A stretch of 32,000 nucleotides of DNA from an uncultured archaeon. GTDB taxonomy: Archaea; Asgardarchaeota; Thorarchaeia; Thorarchaeales; Thorarchaeaceae. The notes under the pieces were generated by a model, which saw nothing but the letters and a program-made list of their open reading frames with translations, searched no databases and was not told where the DNA came from. The translations under genes and the position numbers were made by a program. Where the stretch lies: positions 15,183-47,182 of the forward strand of contig CAZYLT010000020.1 of assembly GCA_964648855.1 (NCBI GenBank), read 5' to 3'. Within the stretch, counting starts at the first letter, position 1. Each line of letters starts with the position of its first letter. Positions 17,877-26,381 of this stretch are shown here, piece after piece.

Positions 17877-18500
17877 CTAGGTTTTGTTTCTCGAAGCACT
17901 ACGTCTGCTTTTGGTCAATGGGGAAACCCAGAGCGTTCCCTTGTAGACATCCGCTGTGGGACATCCCACACATCTGTTGCCTTCGTAGCCCTTGCATTCC
18001 TTGCAGTTCCTGAAACAGGGCGTAACATTGCCTCCCTTCTTTTCAGGTGCTAAGTCAATACTGATGTATTCAGGAAGGACATATGATGTTCCGAACCAAA
18101 TTTCAGACCTTCGGATTCCCTCTTCCGTTCTCATGGAACACGTTCCCAATATGGCTTGCAAAGAGTACATGTCTTCTGCAATCATGACGGCGAATAGATT
18201 GTATCTACCTGTGACCGGCGTCAAGGTCACAATCCGCGGACAGTCCCTGTACTTCTCAATTAGGTGTTCTGTCACTTTGTTACTCTCGGTTTCAAGAGCC
18301 AAGAATAGAACCTTCAAATCAAGATCGCGTGTGCTTATCCCCGCAGTCACACGAACAGTGCCTTGGTTTGTAAGCTTGTGAAGGCGTTTACTGACTGCAA
18401 CATGTGACATACCCAGAATGTCTCCAATTTCAGTTAGGCTGCGTCTTCCATCCTCTAACAGCAGTGATACCATTCTCTTGTCCACATTGTCCATTGTCAT
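17877..18500 (-). CDS. Lrp/AsnC family transcriptional regulator with a C-terminal cysteine cluster
   Basis: MD.VD..M..LL.EDGR.S..EIG..LGMS..AV.KR..KL helix-turn-helix, VTGRYNL in the RAM domain, tail C-x3-C-x2-C-x7-C-x2-C. Confidence 0.88.
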   Translation of the reverse strand: MTMDNVDKRMVSLLLEDGRRSLTEIGDILGMSHVAVSKRLHKLTNQGTVRVTAGISTRDLDLKVLFLALETESNKVTEHLIEKYRDCPRIVTLTPVTGRYNLFAVMIAEDMYSLQAILGTCSMRTEEGIRRSEIWFGTSYVLPEYISIDLAPEKKGGNVTPCFRNCKECKGYEGNRCVGCPTADVYKGTLWVSPLTKSRRSASRNKT

Positions 18501-18532
18501 AGTGTCAACCTCGCAGAGTATCCCAACATCTG

Positions 18533-18549
18533 GGTTACACCAGGTAACC
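18533..18549. promoter_or_regulatory. Palindromic operator candidate GGTTAC-N5-GTAACC upstream of the Lrp gene
   Basis: Perfect 6-bp arms lying between a minus-strand TTTTAA box (about 18566-18571) and the start codon at 18500. Confidence 0.5.
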
Positions 18550-18610
18550 TTCTCATCATTACTTAGTTAAAAATCTATAGACTAAACCGGTCTTTTAAGG
18601 GGGGATTGCG

Positions 18611-19234
18611 TTACACTTCTCTTGCCTTTTCCCAGTCGTGCTCGTAGATGTGTGCATTCACTGATAGAGTTGTGATGGTTCCTATCTTCAGATTCACTCT
18701 CTCTGCAACGTAGGTGACCAACTCTCCCAATGCGTACACATTGGCGAGCCACGCACCATACATGTCATTGGATCGAATCATGACGGAGAGGTCCAGCCAT
18801 TCTTCCCGAGTCATGAATACGAAATGGTTGAGGCAAGGAACCTCCTCGGACTCTGTATCTTTCCTTGGGTCCCATGTTGTAGCAACAGCTCTCCTAGAAT
18901 GTGGATTGGATGAGAGCTTGCGGATGATGTATTCGATTTGGTCCACCTCGCCATCGCCCCACGCGTTGAGCCTTTCACCGTATGTATAGTCGAAGTCCAT
19001 CCTGTCAGGAGTCAGTAGCTGAGTCGCATATTTTTCCTTGAGCACTTTTTCACTAAACGGATACAATTCAGTCACTCGATTCTCCAGAGGTTTTCTGACA
19101 TGCACCATGAGATTCTCGCACCACTTAGTCTTCATTTCTCGTTCGTCTGTGCGTTCCATGCCCGAGGCCATGATTTTTCTAACGACTCGAGTCCAGCCAT
19201 CTACAGGTGTGCTTGCTCGGATATATGTGGCCAT
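18611..19234 (-). CDS. thyA: Thymidylate synthase, archaeal ThyA type
   Basis: YTYGERL, SRRA, catalytic PCL, RSNDM, W.AN (dUMP-specifying Asn), AHIY; start placed at ATG 19234. Confidence 0.92.
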   Translation of the reverse strand: MATYIRASTPVDGWTRVVRKIMASGMERTDEREMKTKWCENLMVHVRKPLENRVTELYPFSEKVLKEKYATQLLTPDRMDFDYTYGERLNAWGDGEVDQIEYIIRKLSSNPHSRRAVATTWDPRKDTESEEVPCLNHFVFMTREEWLDLSVMIRSNDMYGAWLANVYALGELVTYVAERVNLKIGTITTLSVNAHIYEHDWEKAREV

Positions 19235-19415
19235 TGATTTCTCATTCCTCACTAGCTCATCGGTGTTGGGCCTCACATATGGTTTGCTGCCCTAGATGGT
19301 GGGCAGATGACATAGATTGTAAGTGTATTGTTTTTGTCCACAACTCTTTCAGTATATCAAACCATCTTCCGATTTATCGAAAACAAATCGCGCCATTTTG
19401 AGTGGGTGAGGGCCA

Positions 19416-19429
19416 ACCAATATGTTGGT
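19416..19429. promoter_or_regulatory. Palindrome ACCAATATGTTGGT resembling an NrdR box in the thyA/nrdD divergent region
   Basis: ACCAA/TTGGT arms; core CAATATGTTG differs at one position from the bacterial CwAtATaTwG consensus. Confidence 0.35.
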
Positions 19430-19606
19430 ATTTTTCACTAGAGATTTTTTCGGCAAACCCTACCGGTAATTGAACAAAAGTGGAATTCAGAGGGAGGTGA
19501 ATCGAACAGCTATTATCTGAGATTATTAGGGGCAGTACCAATGACATGTTGGAAGCCGATGAATCAATGCCGCCCTCTCTCAATTGAAGCTAGACGGCCT
19601 CTACTT

Positions 19607-19662
19607 GGGCTTCGTAACTGGACAAGCCTTTTATTCAGTATTACCCCAGTCATACGAAGCCC
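19607..19662. repeat. 15-bp interrupted inverted repeat flanking a TATA-like box
   Basis: GGGCTTCGTA-ACTGG (19607-19621) versus CCAGT-ca-TACGAAGCCC (19646-19662); the loop contains TTTTAT. Confidence 0.75.
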
Positions 19663-19709
19663 TCATCGAAAGGGTGGTTGTGCTCGTAAAGTCGCCGGGA
19701 GGATTCACG

Positions 19710-19991
19710 ATTAATCAATCCAGATTGTATCTCGTCACGCAAGAGAACTGTGTCAATTGTCCAGCTGCGAAGGCAGTAGTGAAAGAGGCCTTTGATGCTA
19801 ATGAAGTAGACATCCAGACTGTTGACTTACAAGATATGGATCCTGATCTAGAATTCAGGCTTTTGGAGAATCAGGTGTTTATTGCTTCAACCCCCAGCAT
19901 TATTCTTGAGGACAATGGGACCTTGAAAATGCTCTATAGCGGCACTGTCCCGACAGTAGATGATATCCGTAAAGACTTGGGGATGAACTGA
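19710..19991 (+). CDS. NrdH/glutaredoxin-like redoxin (CVNC) preceding nrdD
   Basis: CVNCP motif, STP cis-Pro loop; stop 3 nt before nrdD; start uncertain (ATT 19710 after GGAGG, or TTG 19725). Confidence 0.8.
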   Translation: MNQSRLYLVTQENCVNCPAAKAVVKEAFDANEVDIQTVDLQDMDPDLEFRLLENQVFIASTPSIILEDNGTLKMLYSGTVPTVDDIRKDLGMN

Positions 19992-19994
19992 AGA

Positions 19995-22900
19995 TTGACC
20001 GACATATACAAATCGATTGCTGTTACTATGGATGATATCCGTGCGAGAGAGAAGAAGCTCCCCAAGGTTCGGACAACTCAGGGGACCATGGAATCATTTG
20101 ATGCTACGAAAATCATAGAGAGTCTTATCACCGAAGCACACCTCTCTCGAGCCAATGCACAGCTTATCGCAGTCCGAGTCATGGATCGAATTGTCGCGTC
20201 AGGAATCAAGTTTCTCTCTGGACCGCTTATTCGTGAGATGTGTAACTCAGTTCTAGCCGAGATGGGTTTCGAACAGGAACGGATTGAGTACACCCGCGTC
20301 GGTATTCCAATGTGGGATCTTAATCAGCTCATCAATGATCCAGGTGACCACACATCCAACGCCAATCTCATGAGAAATCCAGAAACCATTGCAAAGCTCG
20401 TGCATGATCAAGTCATGGAACAGCACACATACCTCTCTATCCCCTCTCACCTTGCTGATGCTCATCTTAAGGGTGACATCTACATTAAAGACCGGGAGTA
20501 CTTCTCAACTAGAGATTACTGCGCTACTTGGGACCTTAGACAGGTGCTGAAGCTTGGCATTGCGCCAGATGGACTTGGTGGCATGCACTCAAGTGCTGCT
20601 GGTCCAGCTCAACATCTACATGTTGCGGTGAATCACTCAGCCATCTGGCTGGCTGCAGCGCAGAGTTCGTTCTCCGTTACTCCTGAACAAGAAGTCCTGA
20701 TATCAGACGAGGAAGGGACTCGACTTGTTCCCATCGGCCCTTTTGTGGACAGGGTTATGAAACAGAAGCCATGCAAACAAATTCCGCAGGTGAATGGCGA
20801 GGTTGCTGATACCACAGGGGATGGTCTCTTTACTTATGCTTTCAACCCTGAAACAATGATGATCGAACGAAAGGAGATCAACAGGGTCATTCGTCATCCG
20901 ATATCAGACGATGTGTGCAGAATACGCACTCGTACTGGGCGCGAGATCCGGTGTACAGGTTCACACAGTCTGTTCACGCTTGAGAATGGAAATGTCAAAC
21001 CCATTGCAGTGAACAATTTGAAGGAAGGGGACTTGATTGCAATACCCCGTGTGCTCCCTCATGGAGATGGTCCCAGTACTCTTGATATAGGCCATGCCCT
21101 TCTTGAGCTTGGCGAGGATAAGACTTCTTCTGTATACGTGAAGGGTGTTGCCGATCAGTTGAGCGAGTTGGAGGAATGGGAAAGGAGGCGTAACTCCGTT
21201 TCCCTATCGAAGGTTCGAGACCAGAATTACGATATTGACTTTTCTGGTTCTTCGATAAGTCTATCACGATCATCTTACGAATTGCCTGCCGAGATTGACA
21301 TTAGCACTGAATTATCCCGGTTCTTAGGGTATTTCGCGGCGGAGGGACATATTGGTCTTGATCGTCATAATGAGCCAAATACAATAGTGCTCAGCTTTGG
21401 TGTTCATGAGAAACACCGCATTGAAGATGCTAAGGAATGCATCCAAAATGTCTGGGATGCTGATATCAATGTGCAACGCCCCCACAAGACTGAGCTTCAG
21501 CTTGTTATCTGCAACAAGCTGGTTGCTCTTATCATGACAGAGATTCTTGGAACAGGTCGGAATTCCAAAGACAAGAGGATTCCGCCAGTAGTACTATCCG
21601 GTTCCGCAGAGATCAAGTGGGGATTCTTGAACGGATACTTCTGCGATGGTCATGTACACAGAAGAAGCGTTAAGTTCACTTCGGTCACAGAAGGGCTCAG
21701 TACGGATTTGCTCTATCTCCTTCTCCAGCTGGGTATCATTGCTAGGCAGAGGCCCCATATATCATCAAGGCACAAGCTTGGTAAGCGCACGATACGAGAG
21801 AGTGTTGGTTATCGCACTTCTATCTATGGCCGGGAGAATCTGCAACGTTTCGCAGCGCATATTCCCGATATCACCACTGAGGACTTCCAATACAAGACTC
21901 GACATCTAACAACAACCTCACTTCCTGATGCAATTCCAATTGAGAAAACGAATGTACGAGAACTCATCGACAAGATGGGTGTGCCACATACACATGGCAG
22001 AATACCTAGGATCAATACAATATTCCAGAAGCAGCATATGGCCCCTGGTCTCTTTTGTACTGTTCTCGACCAGTTAGCCGAGTTCTCAGAGACTCCCGTT
22101 GATTACTCGGACGAGATCGAGTCGTTGCGTCATCTTACTTGTGGGGATGTAGCTTTTGACATAGTTGAAGTCATTGAACGAGAGAGCTTCGAGGGTCAAG
22201 TCTATGACTTATCCGTTGATGGTTACGAGAACTTCATAGGAGGACATGGCGGGATAATTCTGCACAATTCCGGAGGGCAAGGATACTTCTTCTACAATAC
22301 ATTCCTGGCTCCGTTTATGGCTGGAAAGTCTTACAAGAAGATCAAACAAGCCGCCCAGCAACTCATATTCACTCTTACACAGCAATATGTAGCACGAGGT
22401 GGACAGGTCATCTTCTCAAGCGTTGACCTAACACCGGGCATTCCCAAAATCATGCGAGATGTTCCAGCTGTTCTTCCTGGTGGAAAACAGACTGAAATGA
22501 CCTATGGTGACTTCGAAGAAGAGGCGAATCAATTCTTCGACGCATTCATGGAGGTCATGATTAGTGGCGACGTCAAGGGGAAGGGCTTCAACTTTCCGAA
22601 ACCAAATATTGTACTAAGAGAAGAATTCATGGGACCGGAATATGATGAGTCCTGGAGAAAGGTGGCAGAGCTCACTGCTAAATTCGGTTCACCATACTTT
22701 GAGAACTACCTCAACTGGCGGTCAAGCATAGAAGCTGGCTGCAGCAGCTGTTGTTCCCATCTTTGGACTGCGAGCAGCGATGAAGAGATGGAGGAATTCC
22801 TGAGCGGAAACATGGTCTTTGGCGCATCTCAAATGGTTACTCCCAACTTCGGGCGTGCGGCCTGGATTGGTCGGAGTGATGAGAACAGATTCCTCGAGAA

Positions 22901-23735
22901 GGTGGACGAGTACATCGACCTGTCCAAAGAGGTTGTTCTAGAAAAGAAAGGAGCCATGGACAAACTCATTGCAAGCGGAAGTGTTCCATTCTACACTCAG
23001 CCCAAGCCAAACGGTGATCCCCTTATCAACATGGAGACCAGAGAGTTCCTGCTCGGGACTGTCGGCTTTGAGGAGATGGCCCACATCATGACCGGTCATC
23101 ACCTACATGAACGCGAGGGAACTCGTTTCGGAATCAAAGTGCTCAAGCATCTGAAAAAGCGGGCAGACGAGTTCCAAGAGGAAACAGGTTTGCACTTTGG
23201 TGTGACACGTACACCTGCCGAGAGTGCCGCTGGTCGGTTGGCACGCAAGGACTATAATTCATATCCGGGTATCAGGAAATACTTGAAGGGCGACATGCCC
23301 AGTGTCTACTACACCAATAGCACTACACTTGATGTTGCCGCAGACTTGCCATTGAGTGACAGAATAAAGAAAGAGGGAATGTTCCATCCGTTCATGGACG
23401 GCGGCGCCCTGACTCACATCTATCTTGGAGAAGCAAATCCTGACCCAGACGCACTCTGGGCATTGACAAAGAAGATTGCAAAATCAACTCTTAATTCATA
23501 CTGGGCGTTCACAAAAGACCAATTGTGGTGTAAGCAATGCAACTACCAGGCTGGTATAGATTGGCGTCACACGAAGTTTGATTCAATCAATGATCTGGAT
23601 AATATTCCCTGTCCCAGATGTGGTTACGTCGGCGTGGAGATTTACTCCCGAATCACTGGCTACCTGCAAGGAACCTCTGTTTTCAACGATTCAAAGAAGC
23701 AGGAATTCATCGATAGACATCGGTACAACATATGA
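19995..23735 (+). CDS. nrdD: Anaerobic (class III) ribonucleoside-triphosphate reductase with ATP cone and intein
   Basis: N-terminal ATP cone, AH..GDIYI.D, YC, SCC, TPAESAAGRLA..D, YYTNS, GG...HI, CxxC...CxxC and glycyl-radical RITGY motifs. Confidence 0.95.
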   Translation: MTDIYKSIAVTMDDIRAREKKLPKVRTTQGTMESFDATKIIESLITEAHLSRANAQLIAVRVMDRIVASGIKFLSGPLIREMCNSVLAEMGFEQERIEYTRVGIPMWDLNQLINDPGDHTSNANLMRNPETIAKLVHDQVMEQHTYLSIPSHLADAHLKGDIYIKDREYFSTRDYCATWDLRQVLKLGIAPDGLGGMHSSAAGPAQHLHVAVNHSAIWLAAAQSSFSVTPEQEVLISDEEGTRLVPIGPFVDRVMKQKPCKQIPQVNGEVADTTGDGLFTYAFNPETMMIERKEINRVIRHPISDDVCRIRTRTGREIRCTGSHSLFTLENGNVKPIAVNNLKEGDLIAIPRVLPHGDGPSTLDIGHALLELGEDKTSSVYVKGVADQLSELEEWERRRNSVSLSKVRDQNYDIDFSGSSISLSRSSYELPAEIDISTELSRFLGYFAAEGHIGLDRHNEPNTIVLSFGVHEKHRIEDAKECIQNVWDADINVQRPHKTELQLVICNKLVALIMTEILGTGRNSKDKRIPPVVLSGSAEIKWGFLNGYFCDGHVHRRSVKFTSVTEGLSTDLLYLLLQLGIIARQRPHISSRHKLGKRTIRESVGYRTSIYGRENLQRFAAHIPDITTEDFQYKTRHLTTTSLPDAIPIEKTNVRELIDKMGVPHTHGRIPRINTIFQKQHMAPGLFCTVLDQLAEFSETPVDYSDEIESLRHLTCGDVAFDIVEVIERESFEGQVYDLSVDGYENFIGGHGGIILHNSGGQGYFFYNTFLAPFMAGKSYKKIKQAAQQLIFTLTQQYVARGGQVIFSSVDLTPGIPKIMRDVPAVLPGGKQTEMTYGDFEEEANQFFDAFMEVMISGDVKGKGFNFPKPNIVLREEFMGPEYDESWRKVAELTAKFGSPYFENYLNWRSSIEAGCSSCCSHLWTASSDEEMEEFLSGNMVFGASQMVTPNFGRAAWIGRSDENRFLEKVDEYIDLSKEVVLEKKGAMDKLIASGSVPFYTQPKPNGDPLINMETREFLLGTVGFEEMAHIMTGHHLHEREGTRFGIKVLKHLKKRADEFQEETGLHFGVTRTPAESAAGRLARKDYNSYPGIRKYLKGDMPSVYYTNSTTLDVAADLPLSDRIKKEGMFHPFMDGGALTHIYLGEANPDPDALWALTKKIAKSTLNSYWAFTKDQLWCKQCNYQAGIDWRHTKFDSINDLDNIPCPRCGYVGVEIYSRITGYLQGTSVFNDSKKQEFIDRHRYNI
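20673..22268 (+). mobile_element. Intein (532 aa) with LAGLIDADG homing endonuclease in nrdD
   Basis: Begins SVTPEQEVLI after extein AQSSF; block B TGSHSLF; FLGYFAAEG and FLNGYFCDG; block F VYDLSV...NF; ends LHN before extein SGGQG. Confidence 0.92.
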
Positions 23736-23827
23736 TGCTTTGTTGCTTTCCCTACATAGTCGTTCATCATAGGTTTATGTTCTGTGATGTGAACAATTGA
23801 GTTGCAAATCCTGGTCTTGAAGGTTCT

Positions 23828-25162
23828 CTATTCATTTCCATTGAGTGCCTTCATTGCAGATTGAAATCTATTTGTTATGTCCTCTCTGTCCCATTTCTCG
23901 GGTACATTTTCTTCGCTAGCTCGATGAAGCATCTGTGCTTGTTTTGACAGTGCATCCCGTTGCTCTCGTGTTTGTATATTCGGTGCAATGGCGATTATTG
24001 CCTCAAGCAGTCTAATGGTGACGGCAACATCAGAGTAGGCATTCTGTCGGATTTGATTGAACGACTCCTCTAGAATTCCCGAGAAGGTCAGAGGTTCCGT
24101 CATCAGGCGCAGAGTGCCCTCGCTTCCATAATGATAACCAGAGGGGATGCTTCGTTGAACGAGCTGAGAGAGTCCCGAGGCAAGCTGGTCGATACAGGCC
24201 ATTGCAGTAAAGGGGTCATTGATTCCCGCTGAAAGAGCTCTCACTGCAATCTCCACCAGCTGGTCGACAGAAAACTCAACGTCGTTGATGCGGAGTCGCT
24301 GATCACCTATGATAAAGGCGTCCTTGACTTTTTCAGAAATCCCCTCTAAGTTGGAATCAGCAGACCAAACCTCAATCAATGGGCCTTCTTTGGTTACAAA
24401 GTCCCCTGGCTTATTGACTGCGCGTAGAACTGCATCATGCTCTTCAGCAATGCTAACGAGCGCGTCAACATCGATTGCCTGTAGATATCCACCGACTTCA
24501 GAATCAACGGTGGATGAAGCCTCCTCCTGTAAAAAGGTAGGGATATCTTCCTTGTTCCGCAATTCTCTGGCGTATACAGAGTAATCAAGGCTATCTGGAA
24601 AAAGGCACTCAATTGCCTGTTCCAGTTCACGACCCACCTGTGCAATGACATATTCAGCCTGTAGCAGAACGGTGACATGATGGAAGAAATAGACGAGGAC
24701 AATGACACTGACAACTGCCAGTATCAGTGCTACAAATATGGCGAGATTGGGGATGAAGACCACCCCCGGCGCATTTGTAATGCTCCGCAAAAGAAAGAGG
24801 CAATATGTGTATGTTGAAATGAATGTTCCCAAAACAACTTGATTTCCTCGGTCTCTCAGGAAATTATTCAGTAGTCGAGGCCCGAACTGACTTGAGGCTT
24901 GAACAAGGGCCACAATAGTGATAGAAAACGTCACACCTGTGACTCCAATCATTGCCGCTGAAACAGTGGACAGAAATGAATATGCCCCGACGGGATCCGA
25001 AATATCAACCCAACCCAGTATATCTTGCAGCCTGTTGGGATATGCCTCGTCTATTGCAATCGTTATGAATGAAAGGGCTATAGCCCCCGTGACCATAATT
25101 GCTGGAATAAACCAGTACGAGGCCCGGAGTTTTTCTGAATATGTTGACAATCTTGAACTCAT
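23828..25162 (-). CDS. DUF2254 family membrane protein
   Basis: SYWFIP, FSITIVAL..ASSQFGPRLL..F.RD, Q.VLGTF..T, EIAVRALS.GINDP.TA..CID motifs. Confidence 0.88.
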   Translation of the reverse strand: MSSRLSTYSEKLRASYWFIPAIMVTGAIALSFITIAIDEAYPNRLQDILGWVDISDPVGAYSFLSTVSAAMIGVTGVTFSITIVALVQASSQFGPRLLNNFLRDRGNQVVLGTFISTYTYCLFLLRSITNAPGVVFIPNLAIFVALILAVVSVIVLVYFFHHVTVLLQAEYVIAQVGRELEQAIECLFPDSLDYSVYARELRNKEDIPTFLQEEASSTVDSEVGGYLQAIDVDALVSIAEEHDAVLRAVNKPGDFVTKEGPLIEVWSADSNLEGISEKVKDAFIIGDQRLRINDVEFSVDQLVEIAVRALSAGINDPFTAMACIDQLASGLSQLVQRSIPSGYHYGSEGTLRLMTEPLTFSGILEESFNQIRQNAYSDVAVTIRLLEAIIAIAPNIQTREQRDALSKQAQMLHRASEENVPEKWDREDITNRFQSAMKALNGNE

Positions 25163-25263
25163 TCAGGTATTACTCTCCTTGACGCCAATCAGCCATACGA
25201 CATGTCTAAAATGCACTAAGGGTTTCATATTATTGCTCGTATATAAAGAAGACCAGAATCCCT

Positions 25264-26289
25264 TCACTCAGATGCCATGAGTACATTGTACTCTCTTTCG
25301 AATTCTCTCTGCATCTCCTTCTTCTCTTCTAGCGGAATGAACGCCGCATGGAGTGCATTTTGTGTCAGCTGGTGAATCTCCTGCAACGAGAAGTTGAGAT
25401 GATGATTGAGTTGGATATACTCATTGTTTAAACTGGTATTGAAAAGCGTAGGGTCATCGCTATTGACCGTGACCATCAGTCCTCGGTCATAGAATTCTCG
25501 TACTGGATGCTGATTGACCGAGCTTACAACCCCTGTTCGAACATTACTCACTGGGCACGCCTCGATAGCTATGTTGTTCTCTTTTAGGTGATGCATTAAC
25601 CGAGGATCTTTGATTGCTGTTGTTGCATGCCCAATCCTCTGGACATTGAGATAGTCAATTGCATCCCAGATAGACTGGGGTCCTGCTGCCTCCCCCGCAT
25701 GTGCAACGAGCTGCAAGCCCATCTGTTTTGCTCGCTTGAAGACCGTCTTAAAAGGTGCTGGTGGGAACTTATCCTCACTCCCTCCTAGGTCGATGGATAC
25801 TATATTGTCTGGCTTATCTTCAATCGAGTCGAGGGTCTCCATACTCTTCTCAGGTCCCTCATTGCGCACCAAATCGATTCTGATATTGGCCTTGATCGTG
25901 TTCTGCTTTCGTGCCTTTCTAATCCCCCGATTAATTGCATCAATCATGTCCGCAAAGTCAAGACCTCTCTCCACATGGTCTCTTGAAGAGAAGCTCAGTT
26001 CAACATACCGGATGTTCTGTGCGACACAGTCCTCTAGGACTTCGAATGCCAGTTGTTCAAATTGATTCTCGTTTGTCATGACATCGATTGTGGTGGAATA
26101 AATCTCGATGAAGTGTTGGAAATCTCTGTAGATAAAAAATCGTTTCATCCCTTCTTCTGTCTTGAATCCTGTCTCAATGCCTGCTTTTTGAGTGAACTCA
26201 AGCAGAGTGGATGGTCGAATTGCTCCGAGCATGTGGAGATGTAACTCCACCTTTGGCAGTCTTTCAATGATTGAATGAGCTCTATCCAT
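25264..26289 (-). CDS. add: Adenosine/adenine deaminase
   Basis: LPKVELHLH, HAGE, RIGH, CP.SN and NSDDP metal/catalytic motifs. Confidence 0.92.
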   Translation of the reverse strand: MDRAHSIIERLPKVELHLHMLGAIRPSTLLEFTQKAGIETGFKTEEGMKRFFIYRDFQHFIEIYSTTIDVMTNENQFEQLAFEVLEDCVAQNIRYVELSFSSRDHVERGLDFADMIDAINRGIRKARKQNTIKANIRIDLVRNEGPEKSMETLDSIEDKPDNIVSIDLGGSEDKFPPAPFKTVFKRAKQMGLQLVAHAGEAAGPQSIWDAIDYLNVQRIGHATTAIKDPRLMHHLKENNIAIEACPVSNVRTGVVSSVNQHPVREFYDRGLMVTVNSDDPTLFNTSLNNEYIQLNHHLNFSLQEIHQLTQNALHAAFIPLEEKKEMQREFEREYNVLMASE

Positions 26290-26381
26290 AGTCTATCAGA
26301 AGAACACAGATTGCACTTGATTCTATTGGCTGACGAACAAGAAAGAGTGTACAGAGGGCAGGATACCCTCTGTAACTTGTA

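Noticed and set aside
19380-19670. Cobalamin riboswitch upstream of nrdD
   Set aside because: Conserved GGGAA, GCCACTG and B12-box elements were not found.
19584-19709. N-terminal extension of the redoxin ORF
   Set aside because: It spans the TATA-like box and inverted repeat; the redoxin fold begins near 19710.
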